Assembly (NCBI GenBank): GCA_951406725.2
Contig: OX597834.1
Location: forward strand, 34,472,001 to 34,536,000
DNA length: 64,000 nucleotides
Reading direction: 5' to 3'
Source of the DNA: Octopus vulgaris
Taxonomy: Eukaryota
Shown one piece after another: positions 40,126 to 54,373 of this stretch. The translations under genes and the position numbers were made by a program. The first letter of the stretch is position 1; every line of letters begins with the position of its first letter. The notes beneath the pieces were generated by a model, which was not told the DNA's origin, did no database searches, and worked only from the letters and a program-made list of their open reading frames with translations.

Positions 40126-43100
40126 TTAAATGACAGCAATTGTTTAACAAAGAACTAATATCAAAAGAGTCAAATGTGTTTTTAAGTTATTCCTACTATT
40201 TTTCAATGACTATTAAAGCTCAGATTCTGCAATAATTGTCTTGTTTTTTTTTTTGTGTGTAATAGTTTTCTTCATTTAATAAATCTTCATTGTGGATAAA
40301 ATTTGAAAAAGATAATTTTTAATAAAATACAGAATAAACATTATTTTGATGTTTTCATTATCAACTATATTAGACTGTGATTGACAATGATTAGTGTTAA
40401 CCCACTTGTCCCCAGTTATTAACCCATTTATCCATAGTTGTTTTGTTAACTCCCTTATGCCCAATTATTGAGTAATTCAAAGTATATGAAAGTCATTGTC
40501 TGGAATACATATGTCTGGCTAAGATAACTGAAGAATACTACAAGGAACTGAAAAGACCGTTTTATGGGACAAGTTAAATGTTTGCTATATGATTTACTAT
40601 ACAGATGCATATTAATTAAAAAAATATAACTTGGACTTGCTGCAACATCAGAAAATTATGATGTGTACAGAGTTATTGCCTTATAGAAATATGAGTAAAA
40701 TGATGTGACAGTTGATGCTAAGATATATGAATCTGTTTTAGCTCAGATAAATTAAGAATATCAAAGAGAATTGGAAAATATGAAAAGGGTCAAGTCAACA
40801 AATGTCATGCACATACATCAATGAAATAGTTAGCATGGACAGGATGGAGTATAAGTAAATTATCATATGGACAAATTGTCCTCTAAGTGAAAAAGGAAAC
40901 GAAAAAAAAAGCATTTTATATTTGTTTTATTGTATAACCTATACGTGTGTAACATACCCATAATAACTTATGAATAGAAATATTGTAATTTATCACTTAT
41001 AATGTGAACTTAATAATACCCAAGATAATTTCAAGGAGTTTCAATTAGTGATGCTATGCAATTAAATAAATTCATTAGTATATAGATATGCATATATTTA
41101 TGCTATTTTTCTATTCTTTGGTTTCGCTCAGTGGAATATGACCAAACTAAGGCACTGCCTTCAAGGGTTTAGTCAATCAATTTGATCCCAGTCCCAACTT
41201 AATCTGTAGCTCTCTCTTTGCTGAACTTATAAGTTCTGAAGACATAAACAAATCCACACACAGACACACACACACATGGAACAGACCTCTGGACAGTCTC
41301 TGACAACTAAATTCACTCACAAGGCATTGCTCAACCCCAGCCTATAGTAAAAGACATATTTTCAATGCCCCACACACTGGGGTGCAGGCATGGCTCAGTG
41401 GTTAAGAGTTCACTTCCCAAATGTGGATTCAGGTTCAATCCCACACTGCAGCACATTGAGCAAAGATATTCTACTGCAGCTCTGGCCAATACCTTGTGAG
41501 AGAATTTGGCAGACAGAATCTGTAGCAAACCAGATACACATACACACATATATGTATAATAAATATATATATGCATGACTGTGTCACTGAGAACCTTGTT
41601 TCTCAACCACTTGTCCATGGTTCAACTGTGGGGAACTTTGAGCAAGTGTCTTTGGTAAACAGAAACTGAAAGAAACCCCATCAAAAAAATGTGTGTGTAT
41701 GTGTGTTTGAATTTGTTTTGACATTGCATGATAGTTGTAAATGAGCATCCCTGTCATACAAGCAGTGTCATTCATTTCCAATATTCTGCTAAACCATGTC
41801 TGATCATGGGAAATATTATCTTACTTAAAACCAGGTGAGGATTGGCAAAAGGAAGACCATCCAGGTGTAAAATAGTACCTCAAATAAATCCCTGTCCAAC
41901 TTCCTGTGCTTGTATGCAACAGATGTTGAATAAACAAACATATGCATATACACACATGCACACATGTAGATGCACACACACATATGCAAGCATGTACACA
42001 CACATGTGCATGCATGCACACACACATGTGCATGCATGCACACACACACACACACACCCACACACATGTATTTGTTAGAAGCTGACAATTAACACTACTC
42101 AGGATTTCTTGCCATGTACAACACTTCAGGCAACATGAACAAAAGAACTCAGTTGTAGATTCACAGAATAAAGATTCGCAGATTCACAGAATAAATGGCA
42201 TGGAATTATTTAACTTTTCATTGGTTGGTTTTGGTCAAGTTATAAAGAGCCTTGTAATGTAGGACTGGTTGCCAGTTGATGTAGTGAGAGGAGGAGGAAG
42301 AGGAGGGGGTCTGCAGAAATGATCAATACTGGTCTGCCACTTGTAGAGTACTAGGAAGAAGATATTGTTATGAGAAAGTAGAATTGTGGTAGACAGGTAA
42401 ACAGTGTAATACTGTGATGCAGCTGCTGGTGGTGTCTTTAGTCAGTGATCTGTGAGGATGATAGTGAGGAGGGTAACCCCATCACTCCACCAATCCTTCT
42501 GTCGATAATTGAAACTTTTTTTCAGGGGATACTTAACAAATTCATCCAGAAAGAATTTCATCCGTAGACTATTACTGTTTTCCATCGGAGGGAAGGGAGG
42601 GTCATGTTTTAAATTAACACTATTAATAATGATTATTGTGAGAAACATTAACTAGCATTTAATGTTGTTTTTAGTAAGGTGGGAGGGTCAATGTTGAAGC
42701 TAACACTATTAAAGAATCAACTGAAAACTAATTCCATTTTCTTTGTATATGCAGTTATTTAACTACTCCAGACTAATTATCATTTCATTCTGTGTTGTCG
42801 TTATCTCTTGAAATACATTGAAACAATGCAATTTGATAAAACTGAAGAGTTAATTTCTATATCAATGAAAGCTGTCATTTAAGATATCTCGTGTTTATTG
42901 ATCTGGAAAGCTGAGAGAACAGTTACTCTGAAGCTGCTGCAATAACTGACGACATTATTATTTCTATTATTATTATTGTTATTGTTATCAAAAAGTCAAC
43001 AAAATCAGACAATCTCTCATTGAGATGTAATGATATCATACATTAAATTGAAGTCAATTTGTCATGTCAGCAATGAGATACAGCAGCACTATGGTTAACA

Positions 43101-44639
43101 ATCATTAATGGTGGCACAAGATATATATATGTATATAGTATATATTTGCATGTGTGTGTGTGTGTGCGCACGTGTGTGAGTATTGATTTCTTCTGTAGGC
43201 ATATTTAGATTTAGTGAGGGGAACAATCAATGACATCAAACCTCTTCCCCAGTAGTTGACTGGTACTTCATTTTAACAACTCTGAATGGATGAAGAAACA
43301 AAGTCAACCTTTGTGCATTAAAAAACAAAAAAGGATGTAACTAAATATTGTAAAACATTTTGTCAGATGTTTTACCAACTCTGCAACTCTACCACCCTTT
43401 CTATATGAAGCATGCTTTATACATATATATATATATATACATACATACATACATATAACAAGGAGTGGACAGTAAGGTTTAAAACCTGACTGAAGCAAAC
43501 ATATAAACTATAGGTTGTTTCTAAACATCTATAAATATTTTCAATTTGTGGGTGAAAGATTTGTGAAATGAACAAGAGAAGAACTTCTACACAGTCACAA
43601 AACCTCTTGAAAATAGCAACCAAATCTACCACCTTAAAAAAGGAAGAATACATTGGAGAATATAGTTCTAAATATCTGAGATAACTGGAAAAAAAAAACA
43701 TCCAAGCTATCAGGAAAAAACATCAGAGACATCTGGAGAAAAGCATAGTCAAAACTAGAATACCAATGAACATAGATCTGTTCAATCAGAGCTAATATAT
43801 GGCTAAGCAAGATTTACTGGTGTGTGTCATGGAGTAAATGCCAAACCCCACTAAATTTTTTATGTATTTTCAGCTTCCAATCGCAATCATTTCCACTTTA
43901 GTTACATCATTAATATGAATCAAGAATGGCATGAATATTACACAATTCTATTCCCACACTTGCATATGGATCTAATGTCTTGTTAGCAATCAATGGTGTT
44001 TTCCGATAGCAGTGCATTGTTAGAGGAAACCAAACCATTAGGCTTTTGAATAAAAATTCCCTAAGTAATATTTGTTCTGAGTTAGACAATCTTTTGTCAC
44101 TCTTACTTAAAGGAGCAAATTGTCATATTATGTGGAACCTGTTTACCACTCAGAGGACTAAGGTGCCTTGACTCAAGTTCACAAGTGTAGTTAACCAGTG
44201 ACTGACTCATTGAAAACCTGTAACCAATTGTTCACCAGTTGTTCACTCTTTCAAGCACTATCATTCACCAATTTTAATGTAAATTAATACTAAACAGTTT
44301 GAGTTCAAATCCTACTGGAGTCAACTTCTTTTTCTTTTCCTTCTGGGAGCAAATAAGTTCTAAATCATATGCTGATGTTATCATCATAGACTAGGCACAA
44401 ATTGGCTTTGTTTCCTGTCAAAAAATTTACACATAAAGCAAGATAGGGGATGATATTACGTAATTTCAACCCTCCAAACGTAAAATCTTGTTGTGGTCAA
44501 CTTTTTTACCTTTTGTTCTATGGGCTGTTGGTCTATTATGCACCAGCCATTAAGTAGGGAGTAATTCTTTTAACTTTTGTCCCTATTTTACAAATGTATA
44601 ACTTTGCACTCAAGGAACTGTTCTTAAAAACTACAAACA

Positions 44640-44900
44640 TCACAGAACAATTAACATATATTAACACCTTATATTAATGATTTAACATTTAATATAAATT
44701 ACTGATCTAATGACATGATAACACACACCACTACTCTAACAACATAATTAACATGCATAACTACTTCAATGACATACCAATTAGAATACACTATTCTGAT
44801 GACATAACAACATACATAACAACTCTAATGACAGAACAATTAATATACACGACTACTCTAATGACATAATAATTAACATGTATTACCACACTAACATCAG
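44640..44900. repeat. Degenerate minisatellite, ~30-bp unit
   Basis: Recurring ACTCTAATGACATAACAATTAA.ATA.AC. Confidence 0.65.
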
Positions 44901-45828
44901 TACAACTGAACTGAAGAGAGGTAATCCATTAATGAGTCCATAATAACATTATCTGCAGCAAATGCTTATTGCTTTTCATTTAAACACATCTGTTTAACCA
45001 AGCCTAACCATATATATCTAACAACAACAACAGCAAGACTATATAAGAGTGGTATTCACTAAGTTAATGGTTCTGAACTGAAATCATTGGTTGACAGAAA
45101 CCTACAATTCCCAAGAAAAAAATTATAATAGAATTTCTACAAATTTTGTATGTATGTACATGTATTTGTTGTGTGCATGCACACGCATATATATTCATTC
45201 TTTTCTTTTTATTGGTTTCAGTTATCCAATTGTAACCAAACTGGGTCACCACCATCAAAGACTTTTAGTTGATTATGTTAATCTAGTATTTAATCTGGTC
45301 CTCATTTCATCAATTTCATTCAATGACTCAGTTCACCAGAGAATTATCTCCCTTTTACGAACTTACATATACGTTGATTTGCACCAGTATATATAAATAT
45401 AGACACACACACACACACAAAAATATATATATATATATCTGGAAAAAGTCTTTAAAAATTAAAAATTATTCTTTAAAAAGACAAATTAGCATAAACCTGA
45501 TGGAAGATAAAATTACTTTTGTGTCAGTGCTCTTCAAACGCATGGTATGAACCACATATCTGAAGAGCTAATGACTACATAGCTGATGAGAGCTAATGAC
45601 TACATAGCTGATGAGAGCCCAAACATATATGTCATATCTTCCATCAGGTCAGTTTGAATCTGTTTTTTAAAAACATATGTTTTAGATAACTCTTAACTTT
45701 TAAAGGAGAAAGAGTGAATCCTTTCAAAAAAAATTACCTTTTTTTATAAAACATTCAAATGCTTTTCTTCTGTTCCATTACTTGTAAATACATCAAGCAC
45801 ACTACATGTACATCTATCTATCTATCTA

Positions 45829-45874
<46 letters not shown>

Positions 45875-45889
45875 TATATATATATATCC

Positions 45890-46215
45890 ACGACAGTACC
45901 ACATAAAAAGCACCTATGCTGGTGCCGCATAAAGATCACCCATGCTGATACCATATAAAAAGCATCTGTGCCAATACTGCATAAAAAGGAACCATGCCAG
46001 TACCATATAATAGGACTGGTGTTGGTGCCACATAAAAAGCACCCAATACACTCTGTAAAGTGGTTGGCATTAGGAAGGGCATTCAGCAATAGAAACTATG
46101 CCAAAAAGACAACTGGAGCCTGGTGCAGCTCTCCAGCTGGCCAGTTCCTGTCAAACCACCCCACCCATGCCAGCATGGAAAACAGACATTAAATGATGAG
46201 GATGATGATGATGAT
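45890..46215 (+). mobile_element. Related element with ~6 tandem 26-bp units and (ATG)n tail
   Basis: Same unit and body as 31330-31698. Confidence 0.75.
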
Positions 46216-47199
46216 TCATAACCCATCATAAATCATACATATTTAGCACCATTTACTAAAATATTTCATGAGTGTAATAGTCCTACAATTTACATCTGGT
46301 TAGGTTCTATAACAACCCTTGCATGGGACTCTATATGACAGAATTCCACTCAGTTTCCTTCTAACAACTCAAAAGGCATTGGTCAACTTCAGGCAATTGT
46401 AGAGCCCACTAGTACAAGGTATCACATCATGATGTCAAACTTGGAACCACATACTTCTGAATTGAACTTCTTAGCCAGAGATACATAGATATGTAAAGTC
46501 AAAACCATGAAGGACCAAGTGATTAATAGGACCAAATAACCAGCTGAGAGAACAGGAAGTTACTCTCTTGTCAGATGCACAGCTGTGTCTATGGTCAAAC
46601 ACTTTCAAATACCCCAGACCACCAAGCTGTACAACATAAGACAACTTGCTGCTCTAAGTAGCAGCAGCAGTTCCATTGTAAAATCTAAATGTGGTTTAAT
46701 GAGTCTGCAGTACTAAGTTCGACCCAACTGTTGTAGGTCTGATAAACTCATGCACACAGTTACACACGTTGCTACATATGCACAACATACTTGTACACAT
46801 ATTTAATTGACTGATGCATACAGAAATGAGGGGTTTGCTTTTTGTTCTTCAAATTTAAACAAAATAACTGACTGCAGATTTGATTTCCTGTCCCATGAGG
46901 TAACAGACCAATGCCTTATCCATTCAGCCATTTCATCTTAAACAAACAAATAAGCACAAACATACCAGTGTAGTTTAGAAGTTTATTTGTTTTTAATTGG
47001 TCACTACAAACACTTAGCCAAATGACTAGAAGAACACAAAATGTGCTCAATGTTATTGGAAATTTCAACATCAATGGTGATGTAGATAAATTATATTTTC
47101 CATGCAAAGAGACAGGCTGTGCCTTAAATCTATTTTAATACTGTACAAGACCTGGGGTGTAACACTGAAGTAACATCTTCAGAAGAGAAAAAAAGCTCA

Positions 47200-47278
47200 A
47201 TAACTATCTAAAATTCGTGAACACAAACATCATCAAGATAGCAAATGAACTTGAAGCAAGACAAAATAAAAAGCTGAT

Positions 47279-47340
<62 letters not shown>

Positions 47341-47890
47341 GAACAACAAAATCAAAAATAGACCAGTTATCTGAATAACAGACCCTAGAATGAATAAACC
47401 ACATTAAAGGCCTAGCATGGAGTACCAACAAATTTATAAGACCTGACCTTGAAAGTTACTTCCATGCAATGCAAATGAAAGAAATCTCCACAAATACTTT
47501 CTACACTAAAGACATATGTTATGAGCTGGCAACAAATGTAGACTCTGCAAAACCAGAACTGAAGACATTAGCTACATAGTTGTCAACTCTGAAAGAATGT
47601 CTCCCACAGTGCCTTCCTGTAAGGCATTATGCAGTAGACAGAGCAATCTAGAATAGAGTGAGTAAGGAAATTGAAAATAATGATAAATATCATAAAACTG
47701 AAGATCAAAAGAATATCAGTGGAACCTAAGAATAGAAGCAGTAAACCAAACCAAATTAGAACACAACTGGCCTGATGTTGGTATTTGGAACCAGAAAATG
47801 AAAATACAATCTAGTGTGGAAGTCAGTTGCTCACAAAATGCCAAGGTGGTATGGAAAATACAAAAGGAAAAAAATCATCTATGGGCTATT
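47200..47890 (+). mobile_element. R4/Dong-like (RLE) non-LTR retrotransposon 3' fragment
   Basis: NKCRLCKTRTEDISYIV (CCHC knuckle remnant, 47537), VRHYAV, and [17 protein letters not shown]...VEVSC (PD-(D/E)xK-like, 47762-47830). Frameshifted and interrupted by (CT)n. Confidence 0.72.
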
Positions 47891-47904
47891 GATGAAAAGT
47901 GTGT

Positions 47905-48019
<115 letters not shown>

Positions 48020-48072
48020 CATACATATAAATTTGCACATATGTGTAGGAGTGTGTGTATATGCATATGTGA

Positions 48073-48105
<33 letters not shown>

Positions 48106-49852
48106 AATGTAAATACATGTATATATATATATATATATACATATGTACACATGTATATGTACATATGTACAAATACATATGATGCATAAAACAGATTGAA
48201 TATTCTTTCAATCATATCTTAATAATTAACAAACTATTTTCAACTCAAGCATTGTGAATTGAATAATGTATAAACACACACACCCATCTACATCTTCATA
48301 TACACACATGTCTATAATACAATATAATTTGTATAGGAACATATGAAACATATGTTTTATACAATTGAATATCGTTTTTTGAAAAAAATATTTAAATATG
48401 CAAGCAATTGAAAATATTTATCAGAGCTAAAAGCACGATAATTTCTATGAGGCATAGAAAAAAAGATTAAAAGAAACTGGCAGCAAACTAACTCTAAAGC
48501 TGCACATGGCAACAAAGAAGAATGCAGAAACTATGTTTCTGAAAGCTGTAAAGATTGAATTAAGAATAGAAGGAATTAACAAAGGATATCGCAGAAATTT
48601 GAATACAAGAGAAATAAGGTTAATAGGTGTAGGTGTTTATCAAGCAGCTAAGCACTTCACATCATAATCATCTAGTGAGGGTGCTTCTTTGTACTGTACA
48701 CCCTTGACTGACCTACTCTGAATGTCTTCACTATTTCTTCTTCAACATCTGTAAGTTGTAAAGACCAGATGACCAATCAGTCCATCTCACAGCTTCAGAG
48801 ATTAACCAATTACAACAGACTTGATTGAACTGACTCAACAATATACATCTGGTTGGCTACACTTGACAGATAACTTGGCTCGTTATATTAATTTGGAAGA
48901 TATGCTAAAAGTAAATGTATAAAATGTCTAATTAATTTTATTCTATTTGTATATTTAATGAACAATAGCATCAATTGGTTTTTGTAATGGACCAATCATT
49001 ACATATCCAGTGGAGTATCTGCACAACTAGTGCAGAATAAATACTACAAAGTATTTTCATTTGATGCACTTGTTTCTCAGTAAAAGATATTAACATCAGT
49101 GAATAAATTACTAATGCATGCACATACACACATGCGCATACATGCACACACACACATGCAAGCACACACTCATTTGAGTTCAGCGTGGTTTCCATCTACC
49201 AAATTAACCACACAAAATATTGGTTAACCTGAGGTTATGTACATGGTCCCAGAATGAATTTAATTCAGAAACTTTTATTTCCAAACTAATGTTCTTATTC
49301 ATTAGGTCACATGCACATGTAGTTTAAATCCAGTGTAGGACCATGTACACATCCAGGAATAAGATAGCTGACTAACATCAGATTTTGAAATACTGCGATG
49401 ACGATGTTAATTAATTAACAGTTTGGAAAATTATCAACTTATAAATATATTAAAATGAAACAAATGTTAATTACTTTGAAAGGACTCAAAGAACTAGAAA
49501 AAATTTAAGATAATTTTTATGCTTTTTCCCAAAGGTATTAGCAATGTTAAATAAAATGATAGTGACAATGTCATAGTATTCAGCTTGTGAGGAGAATAGC
49601 AACATTAACTACAACAAAAAGAAAAGAAGCTGATGAAATGATTATTGTAATGATGATGTGGTGAATGGTAGAAACAGTGAGCACCAGATTAAATGTGTTC
49701 TCTTAACTCAACAATAAGAAAATAAGAATCAAGGTAGTAGAAAAAGTGGAAGTAACTGTTAAGATCAAACTGGTCAGTGAGAGGCTCAAACATGTTGAAT
49801 TGGAAACTATACAGAAGTCCATTTTGTGTTTATGCACATGCATGTGTGTATA

Positions 49853-49891
<39 letters not shown>

Positions 49892-50599
49892 TTGTATGTG
49901 CCTGTGGATGTTGGTGTAAATGGTGCATTGAGTTGTGTCCCTTTATATCAAACGTTTAACTTAGAGATTCAGTAAATAGTGACTGATGCAATCACTAGAC
50001 TAAAATAAATATTGAGGTTGATATGATCAACTAACATCTTTGAAGGTGGCTACTTCAGCATGGCCAAGTTCAATGGCTGAAACCAGTATATAAATAATAT
50101 GCTAATTAGGTAAATTTTGAAACAAATTGTCAAATGTCAAATAAAAAAAATTAGAGTAGACAAAAAGAAAATATGTAAAAAAAAAAAGAAAGGAAAAAAA
50201 ATGACTGTTCACACTAACACTACTGCATGGAAAAGGAGAATATATATATGTATATATTGGTGGTGAAAAGCTGATAATAGAACTAACATTAAACAGATTT
50301 GTATTGAGAGAAAATATTAGTGAGATAAGTTTTATAATAATGTGTAGTGAAAAAGAAAGATCAATAATTGTGTGTTAAGGGCTGTAGTTGGAAGAAGTAC
50401 TGTTACATACTTGAAAACAATTTGAAATAAAACACAGAAAATGCTATCTATGCTTAATAAAAATGTTTCTCGAGAAATTACCAATAAATGTTTAGATAAA
50501 ATGTTATCATCTCATTATTGGATTATTGCCGAATGCAAACCATTATTTCTTACATCACTGTAAATGTCTGTTAATGTGTGTGTATGATTTTATATATAC

Positions 50600-50698
<99 letters not shown>

Positions 50699-51293
50699 GA
50701 GAGATGGAAAGGAAGAGAGAGAAAGAGAAATTGATAGTTGGATATGAAATGTATATATGTGTATGTGTGGTATATACATATATACACCCACATATACATA
50801 CACTCATGCACATGAATGTTTGTTTGTGTGTGTGTGTGTGTGTGGTATGTATGTACATATATACATGTTACAAGTAAATGTATGAAGATGTGCACACGTA
50901 TGTGTGTTTGTGTAGGGATATATATAGAGAAAGAGACAGACAGATCGACACAGATAGATATCATCATAGTCTGAATTGGTTCTTATTTGGAATGCCTTCT
51001 GTCATAGATAGGACAAAGGGTCACATCTTACTCATATGTTTCCATTTTGGTGTGGTGTCAATGGCTGGATGCTCCACCTGAAGCTATCCACTTTATGGGG
51101 TGTACTGGGTACATTTCCCTGCTAGGAAGCAGAATTGCCTGGCCCTTTCCTAGAACAAAATACATCGGAAAAGTAACACTCCTACTCCATCGTATCATCT
51201 CTGAGACAAACCAGTAGTTATTGCCACCAAGCACAAATGAATTATGTTGTAGTAGTTTTGTGTTAATTATAAAGTTCAATCCACACACACACA

Positions 51294-51375
<82 letters not shown>

Positions 51376-53699
51376 TACATGCATGCACACATTATATAAA
51401 ATACAATTCATTTTAAAATAGTTGATTGCTATGTTTCACTAATATAAGTTCATCACAGAACAATAAAAAGGTTTAAAAACCTGATTATATATAAGGTGTA
51501 TTGTGGGAGAAAGGTAAAGAGGTATTTAGAAGCAGTGCAAACATTAAGTTGTATAATATAGAAGCAAGTTATCTAGACATGCACTGTTTAAAGAAACAAG
51601 AAATTCTATTAGCAGTATTTTTAAGAGGAATGGGTATTGTGCAAATACTATAAAGGGGTGTCAGTATATGTTAGCCATTTTGAAGATTTTTCTGCTGCTA
51701 GGTATAATTTTAAATTTATATTTATCAGTGTGCATTTAATTTTAATAGTACAAAAGTTTGTATATGTTGGGTTATTTTCTTACATTTCAGAAAATGTGTC
51801 TATAAAATACCCAACTTTTACTTTCTTTTTAAGTTTGTAAATTCTATTTGCACTTTAGTAGGTATTATTTACTTGGGTTTTAATTTTAGTATATGATCTT
51901 TGATGGAGAGGGTATGTTTTCATTTAACAGCCAGCAATAAATATCTAACATTGCTCCCAGAAGTATATATGTATTTATATAAACTTTCTCTCTCTCTCAC
52001 ACACACACAAAATTAAATGTATATAAAATACTAACAATCTAAGCAACACCATTAGAAAAAGAAATATATCATGGTATAATCCTCCAGAAAACTTAACCAT
52101 TATAAAACCAATATCACAAAACTTCTTCACTGTACTGTCAAAACACATTCACTCAAAACATAAAAACGTTTTTACTAAAAAACACAATGTACTCTTAAAG
52201 TCCTGTAGTACTTTATCCACATAAATCTGTTAAACCTATTAGAAGCTAAATATTTCAATGCAGTTAGTTTAATGTGAAAATCATGGATGAAATTTGTTGA
52301 TATGATATAATAATCATTGGTATCCATTATGAATGTGATGTTTATCTGTTGTCATGTCACTTTAACCTACTCAGGTAGATTGAATATAGGTAAATTGATA
52401 TCATGTAGGTGTTTTCACATATATTTACAATATATCGATTCTTGGGCATTGATTTCCTGTCTACAAGTTGAATTTGCACTCTAGTTCATCTCTGTAACTT
52501 GGAAACTGCACAACTCTCATTACAGAAAGCCTTCCCAGATATGCCTTCATCTCCATTCAAAAGTTTTGTAAGGCTCAAGAAATGAACATTATTTACTCTT
52601 ATTACAATAATTTTGCTCCCATCATAGACTTACCAGTATGCATTTAAAATATATCAGCAAATTGATGCTTTTTTTAATCCTTATCACTCACTAATTAAAA
52701 CATCAATGCAATATCAACTTCATGATAACTCCACTTCAGCTCAGAATCGATAAATCTCAGATAGCTGAGGTGTACAGATGATACTGAAATATCACATTAT
52801 TTTCTCCAAGAACCAGACTCTCTTTCTCTAATTAAATCATAATATATGAGCAATGATAAATAAATCATTAATAAATAACATCATTGGATTCCAACTCACT
52901 ACTTGTGGTATTAACTGCTACTATGCTTAAAAATCAAGGGAGGAAACGTTCAGAGAAATTCACTTCATGAAATACAAAAATACAAAAACATGGTGCAAAC
53001 AGGAAGTTCCCTGAGGCTAAACTTTATTTCTTGCACAGAAGAGTGCTTAATTCTAGTTTTCAACCCCAAACAACAATACTATTTGAATTGCAGCCATGTA
53101 CAGTTTGTATTTGTTGACAGTTGTGATTACTGGCAGTGTATGAATTTAGACTCAATATCCTATTCCACAACACCTTAATTTCACACAAACACTACTGTCC
53201 TCAACCATTCTTCAACTTAATAAATCCTATCATTATGTCCACCATACAACCAAAAACTTCAGTCATCATCAGCTGCTTCAGATGACTTTCAGTGTCACCT
53301 AGACCCAGAAAGTGACCAATGAACCACTTTATGACAAACTCCCCCTGTTGAGACAGTAGGAAGATGGCTACAGATTTTGGGGAACCGTTCGTGACTTCTC
53401 AGCAAAGTCATCATCTAGAAACTGACCCATGTATAGACATCCTTCCACAATTATGGTCAAAACCCTGATAAAGGACAATGGTGTAGTGAGTGCTGATGAA
53501 CTTTGGAAACTGATGACAGAACAGGATATGTAATGCATCTGTCATTGTGCAAGGCAAATGAAAATTGTAAGTGATAGATGATGATGGTTTAATCCCCGTT
53601 ATACTGAGGGACCACCAAGTAACTTTAGTCACAATTATTTTCTGTACATAAAAGCAACATTAATAACATCATAATGTTTATAAATTAATTTATAAAATA

Positions 53700-54212
53700 C
53701 TAGCAGTATCGCCCAGCGTTGCTCGGGTTTGTAAGGGAAATAACTATATAAGCATTTTTAGAGAGTTACTTCCCTTATAGATGCCAATTCGGGCTTTCTT
53801 AGCCATTTCTGTTTTGGTGTCTTCAAGCCATGAAGTTGTTGTTCTAAAAGAACGCTGGTCTCTTTGACAACGCTTTACAACGTTGATTTCCTTACACTCC
53901 CTTCCCCATAGCTTCACGAGGAAGGGAAGAAGGGGGAGAAGCAAACAGGTGCAGGTGTGACCATGGACGCCAACTCCGCCGCCATCGACACACGAAAAAT
54001 TATGCATTAAAATGGAATAAAAAATGATGTTAAATTATTTTTTAAATCGTAGACTCATCATAGACACGCGCTAATACTCAGATGGGCTCGATATGAATCA
54101 CGACTATAAGATACCCGAATTTGGTTAAACTGCACCGCAAAATGTGGGAGTAGTTAGGAATCTAAATCGAAGGGGACAGACACTCACACAACTACAGTTT
54201 TATATATATAGA
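53700..54212 (-). mobile_element. Non-autonomous Helitron (513 bp)
   Basis: Minus strand: A|TCTATATATATAAAA...CCCGAGCAACGCTGGG (subterminal hairpin) CGATACTG CTAG|T. Inserted between A and T with no TSD. CpG-rich relative to flanks. Confidence 0.9.
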
Positions 54213-54331
54213 TATTTCCTGTTTTTAAAAGACATTTTAAACTGTGCTTATAGATATCTTATAATGTAAAAATAATAATAGACATAGCACAGTCATGCAT
54301 CTAAAGTCTGTTGCAAACACACACACTCACA

Positions 54332-54373
<42 letters not shown>

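Noticed and set aside
53490-53525. CTGATGA-actttg-GAAA-CTG-atga-CAG
   Set aside because: Lacks the UH cleavage site and any stem I or stem II pairing; chance match.
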